Shown here: piece by piece, positions 19,604 to 32,239 of the stretch
Position numbering within the stretch: the first letter of the stretch is position 1
Layout of the letters: every line of letters begins with the position of its first letter
NCBI GenBank assembly: GCA_002633005.1
Contig: NMRA01000138.1
Span: 62,001 to 126,000 of the forward strand
Length of the DNA: 64,000 nt
Reading direction: 5' to 3'
Source of the DNA: Phoronis australis
Lineage: Eukaryota > Animalia > Phoronida
Made by a program: the position numbers and the translations under genes
The notes under the pieces: generated by a model
Told to the model about the DNA's origin: nothing
What the model saw: only the letters and a program-made list of their open reading frames with translations
Database searches by the model: none

Positions 19604-20654
19604 AGATGGCACTGGGGCATGGAGTGGGATTGAGATGACTTTCTTGGCGACAAGTTTGTTAATGCAAGTGATTTTTATGTACAAATATATAAGTCAATAA
19701 AAGTTAACTTAATCCTGGAAGTGACAATTTGGTCTTTTATTTTAAAACATAGAATGGAATAAGTGAAGCAAATTCAAGTTATTTTGTGTGCTGGTTAAGT
19801 AATAAGACAATTAGTGTGAGACATCACATTACACACAATACAACAGTGTTAATTGTTTCAATTTGAATTTTGCAATCCTCACTAAAATCGACTTGTGAAA
19901 TAAGACACTTTTTCTGTTGTGTCAATAGAGCACAAAGGTAATATTTTTACCAAAATGCTTCATTCTTTTTTATCTATCTGTCCATATAACTTGAAGTATA
20001 TCTCACAGAAAAGCCTGCACAGAGTTATCTGTCTTATGTAGCTGTTTGAGACGTTTGTGGTACATAATGTGGAAGTTGGTGCATTTAGACTGCTGAAGAG
20101 CCAGAAGTAAGGTTGGATGAAGGGACCATTCTATATAGGAGATGTTGCTGAACTCCTGAAATTTACGAATTCTTCAACCAGTTCATGTAAAGCTTGAACC
20201 TGGTTAACATGCAAGTGAAGGAATAATTCTGAGCCTAGAATCTCTTCATTCTTGCTGGTTTGTCGAAGTCGACTGTGCATCACTTAAACGCTACAGCTGT
20301 AAAACGAATGCTGTGATATGACCTGCATTACAAGCAGAGGGACATCAATGTGCTCTTGCCTCTACTCTGAATTCAGTTTCAGCTTTCCCATAAACACTTG
20401 GTCAGGTTATCAAATATTACAATAGCACCTACATAGTTGATTGTGTCTGCTGATAGGGATTATCAATCCCTAACCAAATTGCCATGTACAATGCTGTCAA
20501 CATGAGAACTGAGACAAACACATAGACTGTCATAATTGGCAATTGGGTACATAGTATTGAAATCTCATATTGGCCAAGTATGGCCTGGGACAGAGTTTCT
20601 ATTCAGTTAACATTGTCCTGATGCAGGATACAGGAAAAAACCTTTTACTCTCCA

Positions 20655-21040
20655 GGGCCCGGTCTCCAATCTTTTTACTCGAAATGGAACTTAGGTTTGG
20701 CATTTTCTACTCTACTTTTTGGCGAACTCAAGATAAGTGTCTATTATTCTATGCACGAGTACACAATAACTTACGTAGATAATTTATTGCCCTTAGTTCA
20801 CAGTTTGTAAACCCAATATTAAAGCAATAAGTTCGAGTTTGAACTCGAAATTTCGAGTTTTTACTCAAGTTTGTAGCACGAATATAAGGGTCTTCAAGGG
20901 CAAACTTGAAGTAGAAACTCCTATGCATAAACTATAATGTAATCCAGCTCATTCTGATAACCAATTATCTTAAGTTCGCACAAAAGGAGCAGAGAAATTG
21001 CCAAAAATAGTTTCGAGTTCAAAGATTAGAGACCGGGCCC
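20655..21040. mobile_element. MITE with PIF/Harbinger-like termini
   Basis: GGGCCCGGTCTCCAATCTTT...ACTCGAAA is inverted against TTTCGAGTTCAAAGATTAGAGACCGGGCCC; internal ACTCGA/TCGAGT palindromic repeats. Confidence 0.7.
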
Positions 21041-21416
21041 TAGTCTACAAGTTTTGTTGGCTCTGTCTATCTTCAAAGCCAACTTTTGGTAATTTCTCAG
21101 GTGAGTTCTGTCAAGGTGGGACTGTGCATGTCTTGAAGACGTTATCATGCAAAAACGAATGTATGTTGAAATGTTCACATAGGTTTATTGTAACCATTTT
21201 GTCATTTTACACACTAAGTAAATCAATTCCTCCCTAGTATGCTGCCATTGTATTGACAATCAACGGAAAGGAGTATAATGAAGATTTTTGGTTATATAAT
21301 ATAAAAAATAATTGCAGGCGGTCTGATACACGTTGTATCAGACGTGCGCAGGCCTCGCATGTGGGCCCATTGCTCTGATCACCTGGAAATATTTTTCTGC
21401 TTTATTGATATATGGT

Positions 21417-21534
21417 TAAAGCCGAGCTGAGGAGCTAGAAACCTGGCTCAAGGGTTTAGCAGTGTGACCTGGTGGGACTCGAACCCACGACCTCGAGTAA
21501 AGAAAGCGGGCATTTATCAACCAGGCCACACTGC
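21417..21534 (-). mobile_element. tRNA-derived SINE head (or other pol III element)
   Basis: A-box-like TGGCCTGGTTGA, perfect B-box GGTTCGAGTCC, followed by a CCCTTGAGCCAGG SINE-core-like motif. Confidence 0.6.
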
Positions 21535-22382
21535 ATCCTGAAGATTTTTGCTTAAAAAATATATATATATTGCAAAAATAAAGTGATCGATCAAATACTT
21601 CCAATCTTGACATCTCGCATGTCGCTTATCTCGTCTTTAAATGATTGCCACATTTTGTATGTTGGTGGATCGATTCCCAAATGACGCATTGTACGACACA
21701 GGAAACGGTATCCTGCAAAAAAATATAAGGTGTTAAAACAAACTGAATACCCTACAAGACGATCCTTTTTCAAACATTTATTCTCTCATGAACCACAATT
21801 TGTACTTACTAACAGTGTCTTTTCAACAAGAATTGCTCGGACCTACTTATAGTAGATCAGGTCCCTAAACAGCTATAATACACGCCCATCCCACGCCTGT
21901 GTTATACACGGAAGCCCTTCTCCGGGAAGTAAGGAAGGCAACCACTGTCTGCAGCCTCAAATTGGAAGCATTCGAATGCATACATGTATTAATATCGGTA
22001 TTTTTGAATCGCTTAACAATTTTAATTTTCACAAATTAATACCCTGTGCTTTCCATGTTGTGAAAGCTTACGAACGATTTTTCTTGGGGTGCGTTTGCAG
22101 GAAAATGATAGACATACACCACGAAAACCTGCGTAAAGGCTCCGAAGTAAACGGACATTCTTGGGCAAGTGACACGTACGATTGGTTACTGGTAGAAAAC
22201 CTTTCCGCGCTTAAATCCACATTTAAAAGGCTTTGCCAGAATATTTCTTAATTTTAATTTTTGAATGGATCAATGCAGCTTGTCGTGTTCTTACAAGTTG
22301 GTAAAGTGATTTGGAAGGCGATAGTGCTGACCACTTAGTAGATGGGTGTGTGGCCTGGTCCTCTACCCGACTGGACCAAACA

Positions 22383-22750
22383 TCAAAGAGAGGAAGGGGT
22401 GTCCATGTACTTACTTCTGTCGCGACAACGTAATATGTCCAGGCAGTCTATGAAGTTACTCTTGCAGTCGATACAACAATGTTTAAATAAGAAACAGATG
22501 CATTTGCAGCAGCAGTAGCAACAACAGCAACCCAGCGTAGATAATACGATGAGCAATATGGTGGCCACTTTCTTCTGCCATGGAAGTTTTTCCCACGCAG
22601 ACCGCTCCGGTATTTTACCCTGAAAAAATGCTAACTTTAAACAAATTTTGTCTTGCTCAAGATAGGGTTTAAGTCGCTTTTACCGCGCATAACTGGCGTA
22701 TACCACTACTACAAGACGTTTTTGAATAAGGATACTAGACACCTCACCAT
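22383..22750 (-). CDS. Putative small membrane protein with a cysteine string (79 aa if started at the ATG-only exon 22748-22750; main exon 22383-22619)
   Basis: aaccATG|gtgag donor preceded by an in-frame TGA, a 128-bp intron and a ttttttcag acceptor. Translation M|GKIPERSAWEKLPWQKKVATILLIVLSTLGCCCCYCCCKCICFLFKHCCIDCKSNFIDCLDILRCRDRSKYMDTPSSL*. Minus-strand AATAAA at ~21777-21782. Confidence 0.6.
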
Positions 22751-23493
22751 GGTTCACAGCTAATTCGGTATTTTCACGACGCCGAATCTGGACTCAAAAC
22801 TACGAGTTTGTGAATAGATGTATATCATTCAATATCATCGCAGCCTGCTTTGCTTGTTGTTCATTTTTCGCACCTGTTACCACTACGCAAGATTTGTAGT
22901 TCTTCAAATACCAAAAATGATACTTGAAAATGGTGCCCGTTTTTTCTGAAGTGGCAGGATTGTTTTTTTTTCAAAAACGTCATATTTATAAGTCTGACAT
23001 AATGTCATCATTTCACAGAAGTATTAAATCTCGCACGAACCAACGGCAATCTGGTTCTGCGTTGTTCTGCATAAAAATGGCTGTGTGATTGGGTTTAATG
23101 AACAACGTTTATTTACGAAGCAAGTTCTACTATAATAAATGAAACTTGAGATACGTTAGCCTAAATTCGTCATTTATGACAGTCGAATATGCCGCGCCGG
23201 CCAATTCGTGCTAATTAAATACAAGCATCCTCTGTTTCTTTCCACAAATTTTTGCGTCTGCGTTCTCCGTCTTAGACTTGGGGAAAATTCCAAGTAAAAA
23301 ACAACGAACATCGTTCAGGTGACTAAGAGCATAAGGACCTACTTGACAATGTGTTTCTGGTATTTCATCCTGTTCAAAGATTTTGAAAGTCTGTGATCTC
23401 AAGGGGCAATTGCTAATTAAAAAGAGTAACTCGGTTCCGGTTTGTACGTTGTGTTTTGTTACTAACAGTCTGTACGGCATTAATAACTCTTAC

Positions 23494-23717
23494 TTCGTAA
23501 TCCTCTGTGTCGTAGGTGTAATCGTAATAGTTTCCGTATTGGTAACGTCGCCTCCGCGTTCGCGCCAGCGATCCATTCGTGAAAGCAGCTTTTTGGACAT
23601 TTTTCCTGCGCATGCAAGGCGGTTTGGTGCATTTGTGAACCACGTGATTTACAGGATTTTGCTTTATTTCGGGATGCACAAGCGCTTCTTGACGAGGCAA
23701 AGGGGCACTTGAAATGT
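23494..23717 (-). CDS. Probable internal coding exon of an unknown gene (may splice to 23343-23369 and to the cysteine-string exon)
   Basis: Strong polypyrimidine acceptor (ctcttctctttttctccatag) and GAA|gtaag donor. Open frame xISSAPLPRQEALVHP...LARTRRRRYQYGNYYDYTYDTEDYE. Confidence 0.45.
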
Positions 23718-25234
23718 CTATGGAGAAAAAGAGAAGAGATTAGGCTTGGCCTACCCATTTTCAAATAGTGGAAATGATCTCAACCAATGACCAACTGCCA
23801 GCTCTTCCCAAGCTCAGAAGTCTCACGCGACAAATTTAAACTAATAATGGCAACTGGAATAAACCAAGAAAACCGTTTTTTGACGGACGGCGGGTTTATG
23901 AGCTGGGACTGTGTTACATACTTGGTACTTACATTAAACCTCAGTTCTGGCCTAGAAAGATGGAAAGCATTTTATCACCTGTGTTGTTCAATGCCTTTCC
24001 GGGTATTGCAGGGCGATGTAATTGCCTAACGTCGTCTCGTGATGGCACTGCTCTCTCTACGAAAGGTCTCACCTTCCAACGCTAGTTTTTTCAGCCACTT
24101 GAAGAGGTTTTGGGTGTAATCAGCCCGTACGACCCGGTTAGAAATCGTTCGCATAGCCGTATCAGTGGCCGTTCAGGAGGGCATCCTCTACTTTGCGAAC
24201 TAGTTTTTAAGTATTCATGTGTCTCAGATATTCTATTTTACCATATATGCCGTATTTAGCTCCATGAACATGTATCCAAAATGATGTCTTTTTGACAACT
24301 GAGGAAAATTGGCGCGTAGGCCTACAGTGCAACTGTATGCCACTAGCATACTAAGTGTGTATCTAGTCGTGTTAAGTTTAAATTTAATTGTTGTGACTAT
24401 ATTGGAAGGTTATGCTCAGAGTCCGCAGCAGGCCTAAGCCTATTTGCTAAATTAACAAATTTACTCATTGGCATCGAGCAAATTGAACGGTAAATGACGA
24501 TGTTCGATCGTCGGTCATCGGGCGCTATTTTTCACGTTACTTTTACATATCGGTCAGCCTGTTCAGAACTGCTATAGGGGATCATTATCTCTTATCTGAT
24601 TTTGTATACCTTACCCTATTGTGCCTGCATTGACTTTCATAATAAAGGGCTATTGTGGAGATGTTTAAACTGTAGGCATGGGTAACAATAGGCATCCCTC
24701 TGCCTGTTACTAAAGACCAAGCTACACTACAAGGGAAAGCACTACTTTCAGCCTTTAGCTGGCCAAGCTTAGATATCTATGTCCATTTCAGTTGGCAGTG
24801 TTTTCGAAGAACTTCGGCCCAAGTATAAAAATTACACTTCATTTCCCTCTGATAGCATGAAACGCGCTTATCCCGAGTAAGAGATGATGGCTGTTGGAAG
24901 TTTAAACATTTGAAATGTTCGTTGTAAAAGGATGTTTCACGAATACCATAATCATAGCTAGGGCCAAAACAGAACAGTATTTTTGAAGTCATAAGTTTTT
25001 TACTATTCAAAGGCCACCTATTCTGTTTTTAAAATTCCAAGTTCGTACGCCACATGATGCATCGTCTGAGCAGTCTCAAAACTCCCCAGAAATAAGTAAC
25101 TGGTGTCAAATTCACGCTACTCTTGATTTAAAATACGTAGGACATTTGTGCACTGAGATAGTACAATTCTCTGATCCCATTAGAAGACTAATCAATCGCG
25201 AGCATGCGCGCGCCCAGCCTTGAAAATGGGGGGG

Positions 25235-25563
25235 NNNNNNNNNNNNNNNNNNNNNNNNNNNNNNNNNNNNNNNNNNNNNNNNNNNNNNNNNNNNNNNNNN
25301 NNNNNNNNNNNNNNNNNNNNNNNNNNNNNNNNNNNNNNNNNNNNNNNNNNNNNNNNNNNNNNNNNNNNNNNNNNNNNNNNNNNNNNNNNNNNNNNNNNNN
25401 NNNNNNNNNNNNNNNNNNNNNNNNNNNNNNNNNNNNNNNNNNNNNNNNNNNNNNNNNNNNNNNNNNNNNNNNNNNNNNNNNNNNNNNNNNNNNNNNNNNN
25501 NNNNNNNNNNNNNNNNNNNNNNNNNNNNNNNNNNNNNNNNNNNNNNNNNNNNNNNNNNNNNNN
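25235..25563. other. Assembly gap (N run) following a poly-G tract
   Basis: Run of N. Confidence 0.99.
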
Positions 25564-25774
25564 GTTGTTAAACATTAAAATGTCAAATATGTGCAAAAAG
25601 ACTATTAAATGTCATATCAACAGCATTTGTTTTTATCAAATACAAACAATGATTCATTGAAATACAATCAGTTTCAAGTAACGCCAATTAAAGACAAGTA
25701 TAAGTGGTGGCATTTTGGAAACGAACATTTGACTGCCAAGACCGCAATGGCTCACCTTTGGCCTATTTAAAGAT

Positions 25775-27180
25775 TGAGGTCATGAATTGGAGCGTGCGCA
25801 GTATAAAAAAGTTGAGTTCACGATTTTGGGAACTGAAATAGGGACTGCTCGAAGAAAAAGTTTCATAACGGGAGTATTTGTTCGAGTTGGAAGGAATTAA
25901 ACACACCGACAACCTCCTAAGGTGTTCCTCTATGCGCAAAAGGTAGTTGTAACAACGAGACTTTGATGGTTTAGTCGGTGCGAGGCATAATTCGCCGAAA
26001 AGCTTCCGGCGTACAGAGCGCCTATAGCCTCTACATCGCCTCTGCTTCGGGCCAACAGAGGCGATGGTCATTGCCTAGCTAGCAGCATGATGATTATGAA
26101 GACTATCGTCAAAATACAGCTAGGTACCACTGTGTGTTTTTCTTCCATAGACCCCGAAATTGCTCACAGCCAGGGTGTTTCTGCTCGTCAGGTCGCCTTG
26201 AAACCTGTATCAACATGTAGAGCTAAAGACAGGACGAGGTGCATGCAAAATCTGGGAGTCATACGACACTCACCTTCCCCGGTACAGCCGTTTAAGTGGA
26301 AAACAATCAAATAAGCGTCATTCTCTCGCTTACTCCTCCGTCTTTTCTAACAAAGAAAAGTTATTTTGTCATATTGAAAACAGTACACTCGTGACACGCG
26401 CACGCGCCATTTCCTAAATTTTTGCGACATCTCTCTGAAGGTGATGATAGCTTGGCAGCAGCAAATTTCTTCTGAAATTCGGTTTTTCAGTATCAAAATT
26501 CTAAAAATTTATAATGAAGTGAAACCAGTTCCGACAATTTGTTGTGATGTGCATGCAACCTCGTAAAAGAACAACAGTTGATTGAAGAATCGGTGAAAAA
26601 AGAAACTGGCCAATAGGTGACACAATATTTCATGGAGCTGAAAGCCGTCGCTAAAGATCGCTCCACAACTTTAGCATCTGAATAATGATAGAATGCCATT
26701 TTTTCCAACAATGTTAAATAATTTAGTTTACTCAAGGAAGACTAGTTTTTAATGTATTCAATTTTGTGTCAGATTTTATCTTACCACTTTTTTACTCACA
26801 TCGGCGAAGCTGTATGTTTAGTATACAACTTTGTACCAAGGCTACACAGGGCCAGGCCAGGGCTTAGAATAGAGTGACCACTGTCTCTACTGGCTCTGCA
26901 GTGGAGAAAGTGAAGCTTCTATTGGCACTTCATACGCCGGAAGATTTTCAGCAAATTATGCCTTGCACGGACTAAAACATGAATGCTACGTTGTTGTAAA
27001 TACCTTTTTGCGCATAGAGAGACACCTTAGCCTTAGGAGGCCATCGATGTATTTAATTCCTTCCAACACGAATAAATACTCCCATTTTCAAACTTTTTCT
27101 TCGAGCAGTCCCTTGTTCAGTTCCCAAAATCGGTAACTCACTATTTTTGACACTGCGCGCACCACGTTATATGACGTCAT
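25775..27180. repeat. Long imperfect inverted repeat (arms ~25775-26073 and ~26872-27180), possibly an old long-TIR transposon
   Basis: E.g. gattttgggaactgaaatagggactgctcgaagaaaaagttt...ggagtatttgttcgagttggaaggaattaa is the near reverse complement of 27052-27131. Similarity extends ~300 bp. Confidence 0.8.
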
Positions 27181-28085
27181 GTTGTGCATCATCGTAGATA
27201 TCTGTAGAAGCAGAAAGAATCACTGAAGATTGTAAGTGCTTTTTTAAGTGATAGTTTTTAAGTGTAGGATGTATTTGTGACGAGGTGAAAACTCTTAATC
27301 GGTGAGCAGATTTCACCTACCACCTGTTTAAAATACACGGGATGAAATTAGTACAGAAAGCGACGAGAAGTATTGTAGCCCCTAACCAGCCTACCGAGGG
27401 GCTACGTGTTGCCTAGGCCAGGGTCATTTGATAGCCAAATATCACTCAGCTCTTAAACAGAGCTGAAGATCCATTGGAGGGCTTTTCACCACTTGGTGAA
27501 ATGGATGTAAACCAAAGAAATTGGAGGAAAATTTTTGTTCAGTGTGGTAGTAATAACCAAATCAAATTCCCTTGACACGTTTAGAAAACCGCAAACAGTC
27601 TAACTGGTTATTTTTCGCCTCTTTTTGCCTTCCTCTTACAACAATGAATCAAATCGTCTACCGTCTTCTACCCTTAGTTTTGACCTAATGACGTCATGTA
27701 GTGACCCGAATGCCAGCCCAGTGAATGCTTCAGTTCATGAGTTCACATGCAGGTTAATGGCAGAGTGACAAGTGAATAGCAAAAAGTCGAATCTTCGAGT
27801 AAATAAATTCTTTCAAAGGGCTTTATTTTTGTGCAGTTAAAATCACATTTTTAATTCTGGAGTAAAACGTGTTCACGTGATCTCAGTTTTGACATTTTGA
27901 CATGTGCAGGTTAATATTGTGTAACTCGAGTATGATATGTAGTCCCGACAGTAATGATGCTGGTTCAAGTTTACACTATGTGAAGGAAGTTGGGGCCTTT
28001 GATGATAAATGGCAATTTCTATGCTGTCTGGAGGTGTACTGGTTTTTATGTATGAAATCATGAGCTGAGTGCCATTTTATTTCAG

Positions 28086-31000
28086 GTAATCATTTGGGGA
28101 TTTCATGGAGTGACAGTATTTGGGCTGTTGTGGACCGTAACAATGTTATGGAATATTTCTCTGATAGAAGTAACCCATTCTACGACAGGACATGTAATAA
28201 TGAATTGGTCAAAATGCAGAGGCTCAACCCAGAACAGCTAAAGTATTTTGATATTTTCCTTTACTTTTGTACTGCATAAGCTCAATATATTTAGCAGTGA
28301 ATGTTTTGTTGACTCACTTCAAAGTTTACAGTGACATGGCATACTGTGTAATGATTAAAATGTAAGTTTTAATTCAACAAGTTTCTTCCAACTAAATTGT
28401 AAATTCTAACAGCTGCATTTTACTGTGTTATGTATATGAAATACCAGTTTGATCAACTTCCTAGTCTTAACAAATAGTGGGAGATGCTGTGTTGTCTACT
28501 TCTCAACAAAACATCTTTTAGCCGTGATGTCTGCCACTTAATTATTACTTGACATCAGTTTGATTGAGTTATGACGAGTCCATAAATTTGTATCTGCTTG
28601 ATTTTGAATGATGACTTGGTCACATGTCACATTTCAGCAACATGACAGGCCTGGAGTACATTTTGCTACACGTTCAGGAGCCATTCTTGTACGTGGTTCG
28701 TAAACAACACAGGCACTCGCCAACACAAGGTAGGCAAATACTAAAATTACATGTCATTGCCTACTGCAGAAAAATATTTCCTTAGTCTTTAGCTGTCAAA
28801 AGATGATTTAAGCCACCCCATAACATCAATCTCATAATATTGCGCACCGTGTTAAGATTCTTTTTCCATTACTAATATGAACATTGAAATCATCAGTGAC
28901 TCAAAAAACTTCTTCAAAGTTTATTTGCAAATTAGAAAATGGATGCATTGTCTGTAACTTCAGCAAAATGAGGCAGTGCAATAATGCTTTTAAACTCCTG
29001 AGCGATTCAGTTAAGAATTCAAATGGCAGTGAAAATCCCATGGAAGCGCTCTATGTACTGCTCCCTAAATTTGCCAGAATTTGTTCACTGTGATATGAGA
29101 GACGTACAGGAATGCAATATACATTCACGGTGGCAGTTTGGATTATTTCATTACATGTACACAGAAATATTGTGAAAACTTGAATTCTACCAAGTGTTCA
29201 TTTTTTCTCTCCTTCCTTGAACATTTTGTGATTGAAAGGTAAGAGTTGTCCCTAGTTTGCTCACTTTCAACACAGACCACGCTGTCCTCTCTCTTGCTGT
29301 ATATCATTTGCTGCAGGGTCACAAGTTAAACTTCGTCATGTTCCTGTCAAATTTAAGGAGAATCGTGAAATTAGGCAATTTTGGACACTTAGAGATTAAA
29401 TTGTCATTCTGTGATTGAAATGTTTTCTCAGGAAACATTTTCTGTCCGAAAATTAAAAATTAATATTTTTATCAAAAAATGTTGGTGTCCCAAATACAAG
29501 ATATCATCTTAAACTTGGAATTTTTTGGTGATATTCCACATGTATTCTGAAATGGCATGGCAGCTAAATGTCTGGTTGACACTTTTTTGTTGTCTTTAAT
29601 CTATAATGCACTATGTTGGATCATTTCAGCCACACCCTTGGCTGACTATTACATCATTGGTGGGGTGGTCTACCAGGCTCCAGACTTAGGGTCTGTCATC
29701 AGCTCCAGGCTGGTAAGGCCCTGTACCATGTATATTTATATGTCCATATACAACTATTGAGTACTATTACTTGTGGTGTTGATCTGTCACACCTCTCACT
29801 TCAGCAGCTCAACATTTATGTGTGTCTCAGCTATGACAATAGGATGTTTTGTATACTGAAAAAGCTATAAATATCTAGGAATACATTTACAGCATTTCAT
29901 TGCTCAATAAGCTGATAAACACCTGGTGTTAAGCACATGTAGCTATGGCAAGTGTAGAGAGAAAACCAGCCAAAACGAAATCGTGTGTCACTGCCACATT
30001 GCTTTTGGTGCTTAGATATTGCCTTCTACCTTGTCCAACTTACTGAGTTTTGTCCTGAGTAAGAACATAAACTAGTTGAGATCAATTTTTAACACTATGC
30101 ACTCTTAACTCAAATTTTGGTTACTTTGCCATGAAACATCTCAGAAAACAAAGGATTAGCTTCTTTGGTATCTCTATGCGAAATTTAATGTGTCAAAGAC
30201 TGTCCTTGCAATACTGTGAATAAATAATCATTAGACTAAAATGGAAATTTTGTGAATTTTCAAGATGTTTTGCACCTTGGCAAGTTTATGATTGATCACT
30301 TCCTAGATATTTTGAAACTATGATACAGCTCATTTGTAATGATGCAAAATGCACCTGGACCCAGGGAAGGTCTTATTTGTACTCGAAATTTACGTGGGCC
30401 TGGGGAAGGTCTTATTTTTGTACTCAAAATGCACCTGGGCCCAGAGAAGGTCTATGACTTATTTTTGTACTTGAAATGCACGTGGGCCCTGGAAACTCTT
30501 AAATCCAAAATGGACTAGACACTCACCAACAAAAAGCCATGACATACTCATGCTCAGAATACGCTATCTTGAATTGGCACAAAAGTGGAATGCAAAGTGT
30601 CTAAAATAGAAAGTACAATGTTCATCACAGAATTTGCAATTGCTATGGTAATAATGTGGTGTGCTTTTCGTTGCAGTTAAACACAGTACACAACTTACAG
30701 TGTGCGTTTGATGAAGGTGAGATAGCTTACTAGTACTTGTTTCTTTTGTGTATTTCAAATTTCTCGTTAGTGGCATCCGTTTGCAAAATTGTGTTTGAAT
30801 GGCCATGGTGGGCATAGCACATTCTAAGACTACCAAAATAGTTGTTGCTGTTTTATCCTTTTGCTTACAATGTCTCTTTCTCAGTCAAGGAATTTTTAAT
30901 GTAATGTAATTTATGTTGGTACGCATCCCTTGTGTAGTTCTTGTTCTTTATGATTACAGCTCAGTCATATACTCGGTACCATCCATCAAAAGGTTACTCA

Positions 31001-32239
31001 TGGCAATTCAAAGGACAGGAAGATCAAGGTTGATAATTTAATTTTGACATTCATTCTGTAACTTTTGTTTGTCTTGTGTTTTTTGATGCCCCAGAAGAGT
31101 TGATAAAGCCAACATGATGAAATTTAGGGTGCTTGATTACATATTCAGTCATGTTTCAGTTCACTTTCACAGTTTCTCTTCAGCTTAAGTAAAATTCCAG
31201 TTATAATCCATTCAGTGTTATCTTCACACTTACTTGGAACATCCGTAGTAACTCTTGGTGCCTGTGAGACATTTCCACTGTGACTTTAGGAAGAGTTTGC
31301 TTGTGAAATCTTGAGTTTTTTATTTGCTGACATCGACTAGGATTTTTCTGATTTAGAAAAAAGTACAGACAAGAAACCACCAACTAAAGAAGAGCCGAGC
31401 TCTTTGTTCCAGAGGCAGAGAGTTGATGTGCTATTGGCTGAGTTGGCCCACAAGTACCCCCCTATTGTGCCCCCTCCCACGGGGCCTGGTATGTATGCAG
31501 TCGTTCATTAGAGTTACAATAGTATTGTCTTCTTCATAGAAAATTACATTCATTTTAAGACAGGTATCATTTCTGTGGCCTAAAAGTTTTGATTGGAAAG
31601 AGTGCCATCAAGACTCCATGCAACTTCTCCAACCTGCTCCTATAAGTGAAGTTGATATGCTTGAATCTGTATGTAAAACGGTTGAGTAAAAATTTTTTTG
31701 AAAAGCTCATTAATGTGAATATCAACACGTGGGCCTACATGCGTGAGATGCATTGTAGCAGCTTTTAGTTCCTGTTCTTTGTTTTGGTCCAACAAGGCAA
31801 TATCACTGGAAAAGTAAGATGCATATTTTATCACTCTAATTTCTGATGACATCATGGCAATTGAGGTCATGGCAAGCTGCAAAATATACAAACTGTTTGG
31901 AGATAAAAACAACATAATCACCAGCAGTAAGTCTATACTTGTTTTATTATAGGATGCTATGTGTTAGGAAAAACGAGTTCCCTCCAGTGGTTTTTGGCAA
32001 ACTCGTCAAATTTACTTATTGAAGGAAGTCATCACATAAATTTAATGTCTTCCAAGTTTTTGAGGGGTACAATAGTCTGGATATAGTAACTTTTAGCTGT
32101 TCCGTCAAACAGTTGTTGAATTCTGTCACACAATCTTTCAGAGGAGCCAGTCAAAGTGGAACCAAAACAGGAAATAAAAGCCGAGAAGGCGGATGCTGCT
32201 GTGAAGGGTCCTCCTGAAAAGAAACAGAAAGTCAGGTGA
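28086..32239 (+). CDS. MED6: Mediator of RNA polymerase II transcription subunit 6. Coding exons 28086-28242, 28638-28729, 29630-29712, 30677-30716, 30960-31028, 31357-31488, 32142-32239; short first coding exon (phase 1) upstream not resolved
   Basis: [113 protein letters not shown] matches recalled MED6 throughout. GT-AG phases consistent. Confidence 0.94.
30346..30495. repeat. Minisatellite, ~39-46-bp unit, ~3.5 copies, MED6 intron
   Basis: Unit aaatgcacctgggcccagggaaggtcttatttttgtactc. Confidence 0.75.

Noticed and set aside
21459-21534. Functional tRNA gene
   Set aside because: A/B boxes are present but the D and anticodon arms do not form a canonical cloverleaf; treated as SINE-like.
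25192-25660. ORFs of 124-146 aa
   Set aside because: Artefacts of the second N gap.
27180-28085. Specific first coding exon of MED6 (candidates include ATGAGTTCACATGCAG|gttaat near 27737-27752 and ATGGCAATT...GGAG|gtgtac near 28009-28033)
   Set aside because: Several weak phase-1 candidates exist and none can be chosen without transcript data.
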